Positions 1-9,792 of a DNA stretch of 64,000 bases are shown here, in pieces. Under the pieces are notes generated by a model. That model ran no database searches, was not told the origin of the DNA, and was given only the letters and a program-made list of their open reading frames with translations. This stretch comes from an uncultured delta proteobacterium (lineage in GTDB: Bacteria; Desulfobacterota; Binatia; UBA9968). Every line of letters begins with the position of its first letter. The first letter of the stretch is position 1. The stretch spans positions 192,001-256,000 of the forward strand of contig CAWFJP010000002.1 of NCBI GenBank assembly GCA_963816145.1. The letters are read 5' to 3'. The translations under genes were made by a program, and so were the position numbers.

Positions 1-682
1 GGTCGCCGCGGTATTTATATTCGGTTTGCGTCGCTGCGCCGATTTGCGCGTCGGAGTGAAAGCCGTGGTCTATCACCCGTTGGCGCTGGTCGTCGAAGCC
101 GAGGGAGATGCCGAGCCGTTGCAATGCTTGAAACGATGCCTTATCGACGACGAAAGTCGTTTCGAAGCCGAGTGCGTTGACGCCGGGTTTGCCGCGAAAA
201 TCGACGCGTTGATTGGCGGCGCGATTTTGCTCGGACGGCAAATGGGCACTGGCGGCGATGAGCGCTATGCGGCCATTGGGCGTGTCTAAATAAGCCGGAC
301 TGCTGGCTTGGCGCAAATTCTCTCCCGTACCAGCGTGAGCGATTCCCGCGGCGTCGAGATACCGGTTCTGCAGTCGCAAACCTTGTTCGCCGAAGTTAAG
401 CGAGTGGCTGTTGGCGCAGCTCAGCAGGTTAAATCCAAACCACTTCAAGTCTTCGAGGAGCTTAGGTTCGGTGACCATATGGGTGCCGGTGCGGATCGCC
501 GGCGTGCCTTCGCCGTAGCGCACGACCATGCTTTCGAGATTGGCGAAGCAGGCGTCGGCGCTGCGCAGAATTTCGCGCAGGGCGAGAAACTCCGGCTCGC
601 GATAAACCGCCAATCGCCGCGACGGCATGATGTCGCCACAGATCGCTAAGGAGGCTTGTCCCTGTTCAGCTGTGTAAAGCAT
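1..682 (-). CDS. CapA/PGA_cap-family metallophosphoesterase-like protein (runs off window start)
   Basis: Manual translation from ATG at 682: MLYTAEQGQASLAICGDIMPSRR...ADACFANLES...FNLLSCANSHSLNFGEQG...GIAHAGTGENL; GD/NLE/AN-H motifs of the CapA family. Absent from ORF track because no stop lies in the window. Confidence 0.8.
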   Translation of the reverse strand, partial: MLYTAEQGQASLAICGDIMPSRRLAVYREPEFLALREILRSADACFANLESMVVRYGEGTPAIRTGTHMVTEPKLLEDLKWFGFNLLSCANSHSLNFGEQGLRLQNRYLDAAGIAHAGTGENLRQASSPAYLDTPNGRIALIAASAHLPSEQNRAANQRVDFRGKPGVNALGFETTFVVDKASFQALQRLGISLGFDDQRQRVIDHGFHSDAQIGAATQTEYKYRGD

Positions 683-822
683 TATGGAAAATTTCGTCTA
701 CCGACGATAGGAGAGTCGGCGCCAGATTGTCAAGTTATCGATGGTTTCCCGGCGCGGAAACATTGACAAGGGGCTCTGCTCTAGCGTTATGCTGGATCCA
801 AAGTGAGCTAGCGAAAGGATTG

Positions 823-1860
823 ATGATGCAATCGTGGGCCAGACTCTTACTTTTGTTGATTGCGGTTGGCTTAATCGCCTATCCGATGAAGCCGCTCCAT
901 GGCGCGGCCGCTGACCGGGAGAAGATCCTCGAAGGCGCGAAAAAAGAGGGCCGGTTGGTTTTATACACCGGTATGGAGACCGACGAGTCGAGTCTGTTTA
1001 CCAAAGAGTTTGCCAAGAAGTACCCCTTTATCAAGCCGGAAATTTTTCGTTCCAGCGGCGAGAAAGTTCAGGCGCGTTTCATGGTCGAATATCGCGCCAA
1101 CACGCACTTGGCCGATGTTTTTCAGACCAGCATCGTGCAAGTCTACCAGCTTAAGAATGCCGCCATGCTGGCACGCTATCTCTCCGCTGAAGCGCCGGCT
1201 TATGCCGATGGTTTCAAAGATGCGCAGGGCTATTGGACCGCGTTCTATCAAATCCCATACGTGATTGGTTACAACACCCATATGGTCTCGGCCAAAGATG
1301 CTCCGGCCAGTTATGAAGATCTACTCCAGCCAAAATGGAAGGGTTTGATCAGCCTGGAGACTGAAGAATATCAGTGGTTTTATCACGCCATGCAGCTGAT
1401 GGGGCGGGAAAAAGGTCTCGACTTCATGAAAAAGTTCGCCGCGCAGAATTTACAAATGCGCAAAGGCCACACGCTGCTGGCGCAGCTGGTTGCGGCGGGT
1501 GAGTCGGCGATCGCGACGGTGGTTTACTCCAATCGTGTCGAGCGCATGAAAGCGACCGGCGCGCCGATCGATTGGGTGCGCTTCAAAGGACCGACGATAA
1601 CTGCGATCAATGCGATTGCGATTCCCGACAAAGCGCCGCACCCGAATGCGGCGCGATTATTCATCGACTTTGTGCTGTCAATGGAAGGCCAAGGTTTACT
1701 GCGCGGGCTGCGGCGCATCCCCGCGCGCACGGAGGTGCCGCCCGATCCACCGAGTTTGACCCAAGGTTTAAAGCTTTACCCGGCGCGGCCCGAAGGCATG
1801 ATCGAAAACTACAACCAGACGGTGGCGCGCTTCGACGAGATATTTAACAAGACGAAGTGA
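823..1860 (+). CDS. Extracellular solute-binding protein (Fe3+/thiamine-type ABC SBP)
   Basis: Signal peptide, AKKEGRLVLY, DLLQPKWKG and APHPNAARLFIDF motifs; ATG at 823 preferred over TTG at 727. Confidence 0.85.
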   Translation: MMQSWARLLLLLIAVGLIAYPMKPLHGAAADREKILEGAKKEGRLVLYTGMETDESSLFTKEFAKKYPFIKPEIFRSSGEKVQARFMVEYRANTHLADVFQTSIVQVYQLKNAAMLARYLSAEAPAYADGFKDAQGYWTAFYQIPYVIGYNTHMVSAKDAPASYEDLLQPKWKGLISLETEEYQWFYHAMQLMGREKGLDFMKKFAAQNLQMRKGHTLLAQLVAAGESAIATVVYSNRVERMKATGAPIDWVRFKGPTITAINAIAIPDKAPHPNAARLFIDFVLSMEGQGLLRGLRRIPARTEVPPDPPSLTQGLKLYPARPEGMIENYNQTVARFDEIFNKTK

Positions 1861-1923
1861 ACATCCGCGCGATGAATACCATGCGGGTGCAGTTGCCCCC
1901 CCCTTTTGTGATTAGCCCGAATC

Positions 1924-4227
1924 TCAACCGCCACCAAACCCGCCCGCGTTTGGGAAGAACGGCAAGTTTTTTTGCCTTATACCTGTAAGCCGAAAGTAGG
2001 CGTTGGCCACCGCCGGTGCAATGGGCGGAACTCCCGGCTCGCCGACGCCGCCGACATACTGTTGTCCGCTCTCGACGATGACCACCTCAACCGTCGGCAT
2101 CTCGCTGGATTTCAGCATGCGTGCGGTGTTGAAATTTTTCTTGACCGCCTTGCCGGCGACAAATGTCTGCCCGCCCCACAGCGCGGCGTTAAGACCATGG
2201 ACGATGCCGCCTTGCATTTGTTGCTCGATGGAGCGCGGATTGATCGCCACGCCGCAGTCGATGGCGCAGGCGACCCGATGCACTTTGATCGAACCAGCGA
2301 CCGGCTGGGATATGTCGACAACCTCGCAGACCAGCGAACCATAGGCCTCGGCGTAGGCGATGCCCCAGGCATGGCCGGCGGGAAGCGAATTGCGCCAAAG
2401 GCTTAGATCGGCGGCGGCGTTGACGACGGCCAAGGCGCGCGCGGCTTTGGGATTCGTCGTGTTGGCGGCCAAGAGTTGCCGGCGCAGCTCAAGCGGATCG
2501 ATCTTGATTTTATCGGCGAGCTCATCGATGGCGCTTTCGAGCACGAAGGAATTGATCGAATGGCCCACCGAGCGCCAGTAACCCACCGGCACGCCCGCAG
2601 GATGCCAGACATGCTCGACCTGGCGCGCGAGAAAGCCGTAGTTCGATGCCGCCGCTCCTTCCACTGCTAGACTATCCGCTGTGGCAAGCGGCAACGTTGG
2701 GTCAGCCTGGCGCTGCTGGCGAATGCTCGGCGATACGGCGCGGTATTTCAAACTGACGGTGCCGTTGTTCATGCCGAGTTGGACCCGCACCAGCGACATC
2801 GGGCGGAACTGATCGTAAGTGAAATCCTCGTCGCGCGGCCACATGATCTTGACCGCTCCGGCTCCGGTCTTCTGATAAAGTTGTATAGCGGTCTGGATCG
2901 CTTCGCTGACGAAGTCGACCTCGAACTTCCGCCCCAATCCGCCACCCAAGAAAGTTGTGTGGACAATAATTTGATCCGCGTTGAGTGCCGGCAATAATCC
3001 TCTGGCAGCGGTCGCCACCGCCCCAGCGCTTTGCGTCGGCGCCCAGACCTCGCACTTGTTGCCGGTAAAATTGACCGTGCAGTTGAGCACTTCCATGCAG
3101 ACATGGGGAACATAGGGCAGGTAGTAGGTCGAGTCGGTCTTATTGATCGCGCTGGTGATCTCGCTATCGGCATTGCCGATACTTTCCGCGACTAACGGTT
3201 TGCCAGTCTGCATCAGCGACTGCGCCTGGTTGAGGATCACTTGGCTATCGATGCTTGCCGACGCGGTGGGAATGGCCCAATTGAGTTTCACGCTTTTAGC
3301 CGCTTGCATTGCGGCCCAGGTATTGTCCGCCAGCACGGCAACTGCATTCGTAGTTCCTCTGCTAATGATGCCCCGGGTGAGCTCCGCTTTCAGTGGGAAA
3401 ACATAGCGGGCGCCTGCCGCTGTCGTCGGTGTGCTGGCTAAGGTGCCGCCGAGGGTCGGGCAATGTTTGATGACCGCGTAGAGCATACCGGGAAGGCGGA
3501 CGTCGAGGCCGTAAATCGCCTTGCCGTTGGTTTTGAGCGGGATATCGACGCGTGGAATATCTTCACCGATGATGCGGAAATTGGCCGGGTCGGTCAAGGT
3601 CACGGTTGCCGGACAATAGCTGGTATTCGCGGCCACGCTGGCGAGTTCACCGAAGGTTTTGAAGGTTTGCGTGCCGTTGACGACGACCGTGCCGTCGACG
3701 GCACTGCACTGGCTCGCTGACACGCCCATGGCCTGCGCGCCGGCGTTGATCAACATCGCCCGCGCGGTAGCGCCAGCAGCGCGCAGCGCGCTGTAGCGGC
3801 CGCGGGTCGCGCTGCTGCCGCCGGTGAGATAGACGATCGATACCGGTTTTAACGTGCAGGGGTCGATGACGATGGGATACGAAACGCCTCTACCGCTCAC
3901 CGGATCGATCGACGCGTCGGACTGGATTACGTTAGTTTGATTCCATGCCGCTCCAAGTTCTTCGGTGACGATTTGCGCCAGGCCGGTCATGCTGCCCTGG
4001 CCGAATTCGCAGCCGCCGAACAGAATCGTGATGCGATTGTCCGTGCCGATGCGAATGTAGGCGTTAATTTGATATTCGCTCGCGGCATTGGCTTCGCCGA
4101 GCAAGCCGTTCTTGGTCATCTGGAAGCCAACGCAAAGCCCGCCGAAGCCACCGATCGTCGTGATCAAAAAATTGCGCCGCGTCCAACCTTTGTTGTTAGT
4201 GGTTTTTGCCGTTGGGTTGATTGACAT
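1924..4227 (-). CDS. Xanthine dehydrogenase-family molybdopterin subunit (IorB-like) with Tat signal
   Basis: MSINP...WTRRNFLI (Tat), EFGQG, TGGS, LGGGLGRK, WRSVG and GGVGEPGVPP motifs; true start at 4227, not 4593. Confidence 0.9.
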   Translation of the reverse strand: MSINPTAKTTNNKGWTRRNFLITTIGGFGGLCVGFQMTKNGLLGEANAASEYQINAYIRIGTDNRITILFGGCEFGQGSMTGLAQIVTEELGAAWNQTNVIQSDASIDPVSGRGVSYPIVIDPCTLKPVSIVYLTGGSSATRGRYSALRAAGATARAMLINAGAQAMGVSASQCSAVDGTVVVNGTQTFKTFGELASVAANTSYCPATVTLTDPANFRIIGEDIPRVDIPLKTNGKAIYGLDVRLPGMLYAVIKHCPTLGGTLASTPTTAAGARYVFPLKAELTRGIISRGTTNAVAVLADNTWAAMQAAKSVKLNWAIPTASASIDSQVILNQAQSLMQTGKPLVAESIGNADSEITSAINKTDSTYYLPYVPHVCMEVLNCTVNFTGNKCEVWAPTQSAGAVATAARGLLPALNADQIIVHTTFLGGGLGRKFEVDFVSEAIQTAIQLYQKTGAGAVKIMWPRDEDFTYDQFRPMSLVRVQLGMNNGTVSLKYRAVSPSIRQQRQADPTLPLATADSLAVEGAAASNYGFLARQVEHVWHPAGVPVGYWRSVGHSINSFVLESAIDELADKIKIDPLELRRQLLAANTTNPKAARALAVVNAAADLSLWRNSLPAGHAWGIAYAEAYGSLVCEVVDISQPVAGSIKVHRVACAIDCGVAINPRSIEQQMQGGIVHGLNAALWGGQTFVAGKAVKKNFNTARMLKSSEMPTVEVVIVESGQQYVGGVGEPGVPPIAPAVANAYFRLTGIRQKNLPFFPNAGGFGGG

Positions 4228-4238
4228 GGGGATGCTCC

Positions 4239-4664
4239 TTATTTCACGCTGCTGGCCGCTTCTTTGATGCGCTGGTAGGTGCCGCAAACGCAGAGATTGC
4301 CGATGGTGCCGAGCTTGTCTTCCTTCATACGCGCCGCATAGGCCATGATCTGTCCCGACTGGCAGTAGCCGCACTGAGGTACCTGATGTTCGACCCAGGC
4401 TTTTTGCAGAGGATGGTCGTTGTTCGCCGACAATCCTTCGATCGTGGTGATCTTGCGACCGACACCTTCGGTGATGTTCACCACGCAGGAATGCTTCTCT
4501 TCGCCATCGATCAAAATGGTGCAGGCGTAGCATTTTTCGATGCCGCAGCCGTATTTGGTGCCGGTAAGGCCGATGATGTCCCGGATCACCCATAACAGCG
4601 GCATGCTCTCGGGCACGTTGATGTTAGAGTAAGTCTTACCGTTGACGTTAAGCGAGTACGCCAT
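4239..4664 (-). CDS. (2Fe-2S)-binding small subunit (IorA-like)
   Basis: GTKYGCGIEKCYAC, QCGYCQSGQ and NLCVCGTY cysteine motifs; GGAGG RBS. Confidence 0.9.
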   Translation of the reverse strand: MAYSLNVNGKTYSNINVPESMPLLWVIRDIIGLTGTKYGCGIEKCYACTILIDGEEKHSCVVNITEGVGRKITTIEGLSANNDHPLQKAWVEHQVPQCGYCQSGQIMAYAARMKEDKLGTIGNLCVCGTYQRIKEAASSVK

Positions 4665-4740
4665 GTCGCCCTCCTGCTAAATGTTTGATTACCTTTCAAC
4701 GCTCGCGTGGTGGAGCGTCGAAAATGTTGCAGCGAGCAAG

Positions 4741-4757
4741 CGCAATCGCGATGCCAA
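4741..4757 (-). promoter_or_regulatory. sigma54 (-24/-12) promoter of iorAB-like operon
   Basis: Minus strand TTGGCATCGCGATTGCG matches TGGCAY-N5-TTGC with exact spacing, ~77 nt upstream of the ATG. Confidence 0.7.
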
Positions 4758-5142
4758 AAAAAAAGTCAGAGCAAAAAACTTTGGCAGGCAGAGGAAGATC
4801 GCGGTAAAAAATACCTAATCGCGACTATTTATGAAGCGAATTGATCGATTGCCAAGGCCGGTTAGACTTAACCGATTATCTCAAACGATTTCTCGCGGGG
4901 TGCTGCGAAGGAATAGTCAGACGGCTACTCCCAATCGGGTGTATCCTTTGCCAACCACTTTGGGAAAAATTGTAAACGATCCATTCCGTGGTGGTGTGAA
5001 ACAAGAAAAACTAGCAACGGACAAAATCGTGCGCACCTGTTCGCTGCCGGACCACGCGCAGTGCGGTCAATTCCAAGTATAATAGTTATAAAAAAGGTGG
5101 CCAAACCAAGAAGGCGAGACCGTGAATAATTGCAGTAAGAGT

Positions 5143-5420
5143 TTTCACCACGAAGAGCGCGAAGGACACGCAGGTGTCGGATATTTTAGATTCCGAACTC
5201 CGTTGAAAATACCTATGACGGCATGTTCTGCGAAACGAATAGACCACCTCAGTTCTGTCATACCCGCGATAGCGGGTATCCAGGCTAATCCGGCGGTGAA
5301 TCACCCTGGATTCCCGCCTGCGCGGGAATGACAAATCGAGCAGAGGGCATATGGGGGGAGTCCCGCCAATTTCATAGTCTGTAGACGGGCGCAAGCTCAT
5401 GACGCACTTCGTGGTGGAGT
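5143..5420. repeat. Composite palindromic element: CACCACGAAG...CTTCGTGGTG shell around a GTCAT..CCCGCG...GCGGGAATGAC REP-like core (5256-5333)
   Basis: Inverted repeats read directly from the sequence. Confidence 0.7.
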
Positions 5421-5434
5421 TTTTTTGGCGATTT

Positions 5435-6460
5435 TTATTTTAGAATCTCTTTCAGCTTGGCGACCTGCGCCGGTTCGAGCTTAAACATTTCTTTGATGTT
5501 GGCTTCCAAGCCCGCGCCGTCGTCGGGGTTGATGTCGAGGTTGGCCTTCTTGGCTTCGGCGATCAACTCCGGATCTTTCCAGGTATCCATGAAGGCTTTG
5601 CGCAAAATTTGCACCCGGTCATCGGGGGTTCCCGGCGGCGCCATGAACGGACGAACCGTCGGGCTATTGGCGCGCAGGACTGTCGCCAGCAATTTTCTCG
5701 CTTCGTCGGTTTTCGCCAAATCATACGCGACCGGAATCTGTTTCAACTCCGGATGGGATTTGAGCGTCGCTTGGAGCACGACTCTCAACGTGCCCGAATC
5801 AAGCTCGTTGCGCCAGGTCGATTTGGTCGACTCCCAAGCGTTGCTGGTCGCTTGGACTTCGCCGTTATTGAAAGCCAGGCGCGTTTCCGCCGTGCCTTTG
5901 TAGCCGGCCACCACCTGCGCCGGTAGATTGATGGTTGCGGCCAAGATTTTCGGGATATCGTCGCTGCCGGCGCCGGGGCCGATGCCGCCGAATTTGACCA
6001 TCTGTTTCGAAGCGATCCAGGAATTGACATCGGTAATCCCGGTAGCCTTGTGCACGCCGATGATGAAGCTGTCCTGGGCCGGCACGCCGATGTATTTGAA
6101 CTTCAGGGCATCGAACTCGATGCCGGGCTTGCCGAGCAACTGCTGCAAGGCGATGCCGCCGAGATAATGGCCGATGGTCAGGCCGTCCGGTTTGGCGATC
6201 TTGTAGAGGTGATTGGCCGCGATGATGCTGCCGGCGCCGGTCATGTTTTCGACGACGACGGCGGGATTGCCGGGAATATGATTGCCCATATGGCGCGCCA
6301 GCGTGCGCGCGTAGAGATCGTAGCCGCCGCCGGCGGCGAGTCCGACGATAATGCGCACGGTTTTCCCCTGGTAGAAGTTGGCGGGATCGGCAGCGTTAAC
6401 CCTGCTGGCGAGAAGCGCCAGCGCAAACAGGACCAAACTCATCGGACGTATTGGTTTCAT
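5435..6460 (-). CDS. Bug/TctC-family tripartite tricarboxylate transporter substrate-binding protein
   Basis: FYQGKTVRIIVG..AGGGYD, VENMTGAG, AKPDGLTI and GYKG motifs. Confidence 0.9.
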   Translation of the reverse strand: MKPIRPMSLVLFALALLASRVNAADPANFYQGKTVRIIVGLAAGGGYDLYARTLARHMGNHIPGNPAVVVENMTGAGSIIAANHLYKIAKPDGLTIGHYLGGIALQQLLGKPGIEFDALKFKYIGVPAQDSFIIGVHKATGITDVNSWIASKQMVKFGGIGPGAGSDDIPKILAATINLPAQVVAGYKGTAETRLAFNNGEVQATSNAWESTKSTWRNELDSGTLRVVLQATLKSHPELKQIPVAYDLAKTDEARKLLATVLRANSPTVRPFMAPPGTPDDRVQILRKAFMDTWKDPELIAEAKKANLDINPDDGAGLEANIKEMFKLEPAQVAKLKEILK

Positions 6461-6500
6461 ATTTTCTTTCTACTTTCGTTGGCCGTTGTGAGATCGCGAC

Positions 6501-7520
6501 CTACTTTAGAATTTCTTTCAGTTTAGCAATGAGCGCCGGGTCGAGCTTCAAGATTTCTTTGACATTGCTTTCCAGCGTCGCGCCGTCCTCGGGGTTGATA
6601 TCGAGATTCGCTTTTTTGGCCTCGGCGAGAAAGTCGGGGTCTTTCATGGTGTCCATGAAGGCTTTGCGCAGGATCTGCACGCGATCCTTCGGGGTCTTTG
6701 GCGGCAGGGCGTAAGGACGAACGCTCGGGCCATGCACGCGCGCGACGGTGGAGATCAGCTTCTTTGCCTCGTCTGTCTTGGCGAAGTTGAGCGCCATCGG
6801 CAGCTTGGGAAGCTCGGGGTGCGGTTTTAGGGTTGCCTGAAGCACCAGTACGAGTTCGCCCGAGTCGAGTTCCTTGCGCCATGTGGATTTGGTGGATTCC
6901 CAAGAGTTGCTTAGGCCCGCGATCTCACCGCTGTTGAAAGCAAGCCGTACGTCGGCCGTGCCTTTGTATCCGGAAACGAGCTGTAAGGGCAAGCCGATCG
7001 TGGCTTTCAGCACATTAGGGATATCGTCACTGCCGGAGCCGCTAGCGACGCCGCCAAATTTGACGATCTGCTTGGAGGCGAGCCATTTCTCCACGTCGGT
7101 GATGCCGCTCGCTTTCGACACGCCGATGACAAAGTTATCCTGTCCCGGCACGCCCAGGTATTCGAACTGCGCAGCGTCAAACTCGATGCCCGGTTTGCCG
7201 AGGATCTGTTGGAGAAACAATCCGCCTATGAAGTGGCCGACGGTCAAGCCGTCGGGCTTGGCGGCCTTGAACGTGTAATTGGCCGATATCATGCTGCCGG
7301 CGCCCGGCATGTTCTCGACCAGGATGGTCGGATTGCCGGGAATATGCTTGCCTAGGTGGCGGCCGATTGTGCGGGTGTAAAGATCGTAACCGCCGCCGGC
7401 GGTGAAGCCGACGATGAAGCGGATGGTTTTGCCTTCGTAAAAGTTGGCTTGGCCGGAAGCAGGCGCCAACCAGGTTAAGCTAAATAGCGCCAGCACCAGC
7501 GCGGTGACTTTCAGTTTCAT
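6501..7520 (-). CDS. Bug/TctC-family substrate-binding protein (paralog 2)
   Basis: Same motifs; highly similar to the 5435-6460 protein. Confidence 0.9.
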   Translation of the reverse strand: MKLKVTALVLALFSLTWLAPASGQANFYEGKTIRFIVGFTAGGGYDLYTRTIGRHLGKHIPGNPTILVENMPGAGSMISANYTFKAAKPDGLTVGHFIGGLFLQQILGKPGIEFDAAQFEYLGVPGQDNFVIGVSKASGITDVEKWLASKQIVKFGGVASGSGSDDIPNVLKATIGLPLQLVSGYKGTADVRLAFNSGEIAGLSNSWESTKSTWRKELDSGELVLVLQATLKPHPELPKLPMALNFAKTDEAKKLISTVARVHGPSVRPYALPPKTPKDRVQILRKAFMDTMKDPDFLAEAKKANLDINPEDGATLESNVKEILKLDPALIAKLKEILK

Positions 7521-7573
7521 CGGTGTGAACCTCCTCTGCGGATTAGACGACGCGGCGGTCGATTACTGACAAG

Positions 7574-8602
7574 TTATTTCGGACTGAGGATGTCATTCAG
7601 TTTACCGGCCATGGCCGGGCTGAGTTTGAATAGCTTGCCGACGATGTTGGCCAGTTCATTGCCGGTGATGGGCTCGATATCGAGCTTGGCCTTTTGTGCG
7701 TCGGCTAGGAACTCCGGGTCTTTCATGGTCGCGTCGAAGGCTTGGCGCAGGGTCTCGACACGCGCCTTGGGCGTGCGCGGCGGCGCGACATAGGGCCGGT
7801 AGTAGTCTGCCGGGTCCTGGATGCCGGCTTGGATCAGTTGGCGTGCTTCCTCGGTCTTGGCGAGGCTTTGCGCAAGGGGGACGTTGGGCAGTTCTGGATG
7901 AGGTTTCGACAACGCTTGGAGTACGACGATCGCCTCGCCTGACTGAATTGCTTTGCTCCAAGTCGAGCGAATCGAATCCCAGGTCCAGCAACCGCCGGCG
8001 AGCTCGCCGCTCTCCGCAGCGAGGCGGATCTCGGACGTGCCTTTGTAGCCGGCCACCAACTGGATCGGCAACGCCGTGGTGGCCGCCAGCATGTGCGCGA
8101 TGTCATCCGGCGCGCCACCGCCGATACCGCCGACCTTTACCGGCGTTTTCGACGCGAGCCATCTTTCGACGCTGGTGATACCGCTGGCTTTGGTAAACGC
8201 ACAAGCGCGGCTCTCCTTGATCGGCGAGCCTAAGAATTCAAACTTGGCCGCGTCGAATTCGATGCCGGGGCGTTTAAAAACTTGATAGAGAAACCAGCCG
8301 CCGTGAAAGTGGCCGATGGTCAGGCCATCGGGCTTGGCGACTTGATACATATGATTCGCCGCGATCAGGTGGCCGGCGCCGGCCATGTTCTCGACGACGA
8401 TGGCGGGTTGTCCCGGCACATGCTTGCCGAAATGGCGCGCGATCGTCCGGGTGTAGGTATCGAAGCCACCGCCGGCAGAGGTGCCGACGATCATGCGGAT
8501 GGTTTTGCCTTTATAAAAATTCTCTTGGGCGCCGACAAGGTTTGCCAAGGCTAAGAGCAAGCTTAAAAAGAGCAGCGCCAGTTTTTTCATTCTTATTGTC
8601 AT
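7574..8602 (-). CDS. Bug/TctC-family substrate-binding protein (paralog 3)
   Basis: FYKGKTIRMIVGTSAGGGFD; start after GAGGAG RBS at 8602. Confidence 0.9.
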   Translation of the reverse strand: MTIRMKKLALLFLSLLLALANLVGAQENFYKGKTIRMIVGTSAGGGFDTYTRTIARHFGKHVPGQPAIVVENMAGAGHLIAANHMYQVAKPDGLTIGHFHGGWFLYQVFKRPGIEFDAAKFEFLGSPIKESRACAFTKASGITSVERWLASKTPVKVGGIGGGAPDDIAHMLAATTALPIQLVAGYKGTSEIRLAAESGELAGGCWTWDSIRSTWSKAIQSGEAIVVLQALSKPHPELPNVPLAQSLAKTEEARQLIQAGIQDPADYYRPYVAPPRTPKARVETLRQAFDATMKDPEFLADAQKAKLDIEPITGNELANIVGKLFKLSPAMAGKLNDILSPK

Positions 8603-8763
8603 GCTTGCTCCTCCTCGCGTCGAAGGCTCGGCGAATGTAAGGAATAGGTGAGGTTGTGTCAAGGAGATTTGGCGAGTTTGACACCCCGATGCTGCGCCTG
8701 TAAATTTTCCCGCAGTGACGACCATTCATCTAGGTCAGACAAACTTACAGTAGGAGATCCGTT

Positions 8764-9615
8764 ATGATTCACACTACCGCGCTGGCGGCGACACATATGG
8801 AATGCCGCAACCTGCAAGAGTCATTGAAAGTGCTGACCGAGCTGTTGGCCTTCGAGAAGCTTTCCGAGAAGCCCGGCGAAGCGACGCTCAAACATCCCAA
8901 CACCCATTGGAAGCTGGTGGTGCATGAAGCGGGACCGGACGCTCCGGCAAAGCCAATGCACAATCACTGGGGCGTGCGCGTGGTCAGCCCGGAAGAGGTG
9001 GACCGCGCTTACAATTATTTGCTGGCGCATAAGGCGGCGTACAAATTAGGCGCCATCGGTAAGCCGACCTGGAGCCATGGATCGTACTCCTGTTACTTTG
9101 TCGAGCCCGGCACAAACGGCTGGGAGATCGAGTGCTACGAGGCGTTCAATCGCAAACAGGCGACCGCGGAGCGCTTCGGCGCGGTGAAGATGGCGCACTG
9201 GGATCAGCTATTACCGGAAGAGCGGTTTCCTGGTCGAGGATATATACCGCAGGGGTTTACTCATGGCACCTTGGTCGCCACCGATATCGAGGTGAGCAAG
9301 AGTTTTTATACCGACGTATTGGGCTTGGACGCGCACCGTTTCAGCGATCATGTGGTCTATATCAAGCATCCGACGACCAAGACCTTTGTGGTCTGCGCCC
9401 TCCGGCAGAATGCGCCGGTGTTCTCGCCCAACTTTCGCAATACCCTGACCGTCGCGTCGAAAGACGCGGTGAAAGCGGCCTATCGGGAATTTGCCGAGGC
9501 AGGCAAGACTTTGGGCGTGAGCGAATTATTTGAACTTAAAGAAACCGGCACTTCCGCGTCTTTTTACTTCCGCGATCCGGGGAGCAATTGCTGGGAGATT
9601 GCCACCGCGAATTGA
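8764..9615 (+). CDS. Tandem VOC (glyoxalase/dioxygenase) family protein
   Basis: Two VOC modules ending YFVEPGTNGWEIE and FYFRDPGSNCWEI; AGGAG RBS. Confidence 0.8.
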   Translation: MIHTTALAATHMECRNLQESLKVLTELLAFEKLSEKPGEATLKHPNTHWKLVVHEAGPDAPAKPMHNHWGVRVVSPEEVDRAYNYLLAHKAAYKLGAIGKPTWSHGSYSCYFVEPGTNGWEIECYEAFNRKQATAERFGAVKMAHWDQLLPEERFPGRGYIPQGFTHGTLVATDIEVSKSFYTDVLGLDAHRFSDHVVYIKHPTTKTFVVCALRQNAPVFSPNFRNTLTVASKDAVKAAYREFAEAGKTLGVSELFELKETGTSASFYFRDPGSNCWEIATAN

Positions 9616-9630
9616 CGTGTCTTTTCTTAC

Positions 9631-9697
9631 CTCCTCTCCCTCTGGGAGAGGATAGAGGTGAGGGCGGTTCGGACGGGCGACCGCCGGTCGCCCCTAC
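9631..9697. repeat. REP-like palindromes CCTCTCCC..GGGAGAGG and GGGCGACC..GGTCGCCCCTAC
   Basis: Two adjacent hairpins in an intergenic gap. Confidence 0.65.
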
Positions 9698-9792
9698 CGC
9701 AAGATCGCTCGCTGGGCTTCTCCGGCGGGATTACCGCAGACAAATGACCGCAAGCAGTTTATAATTCACCAAATAAGCAAGGCGAGGCATTC

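Noticed and set aside
4228-4593. N-terminal extension of the 889-aa ORF
   Set aside because: It overlaps the iorA-like gene in another frame; the Tat signal and RBS support a start at 4227.
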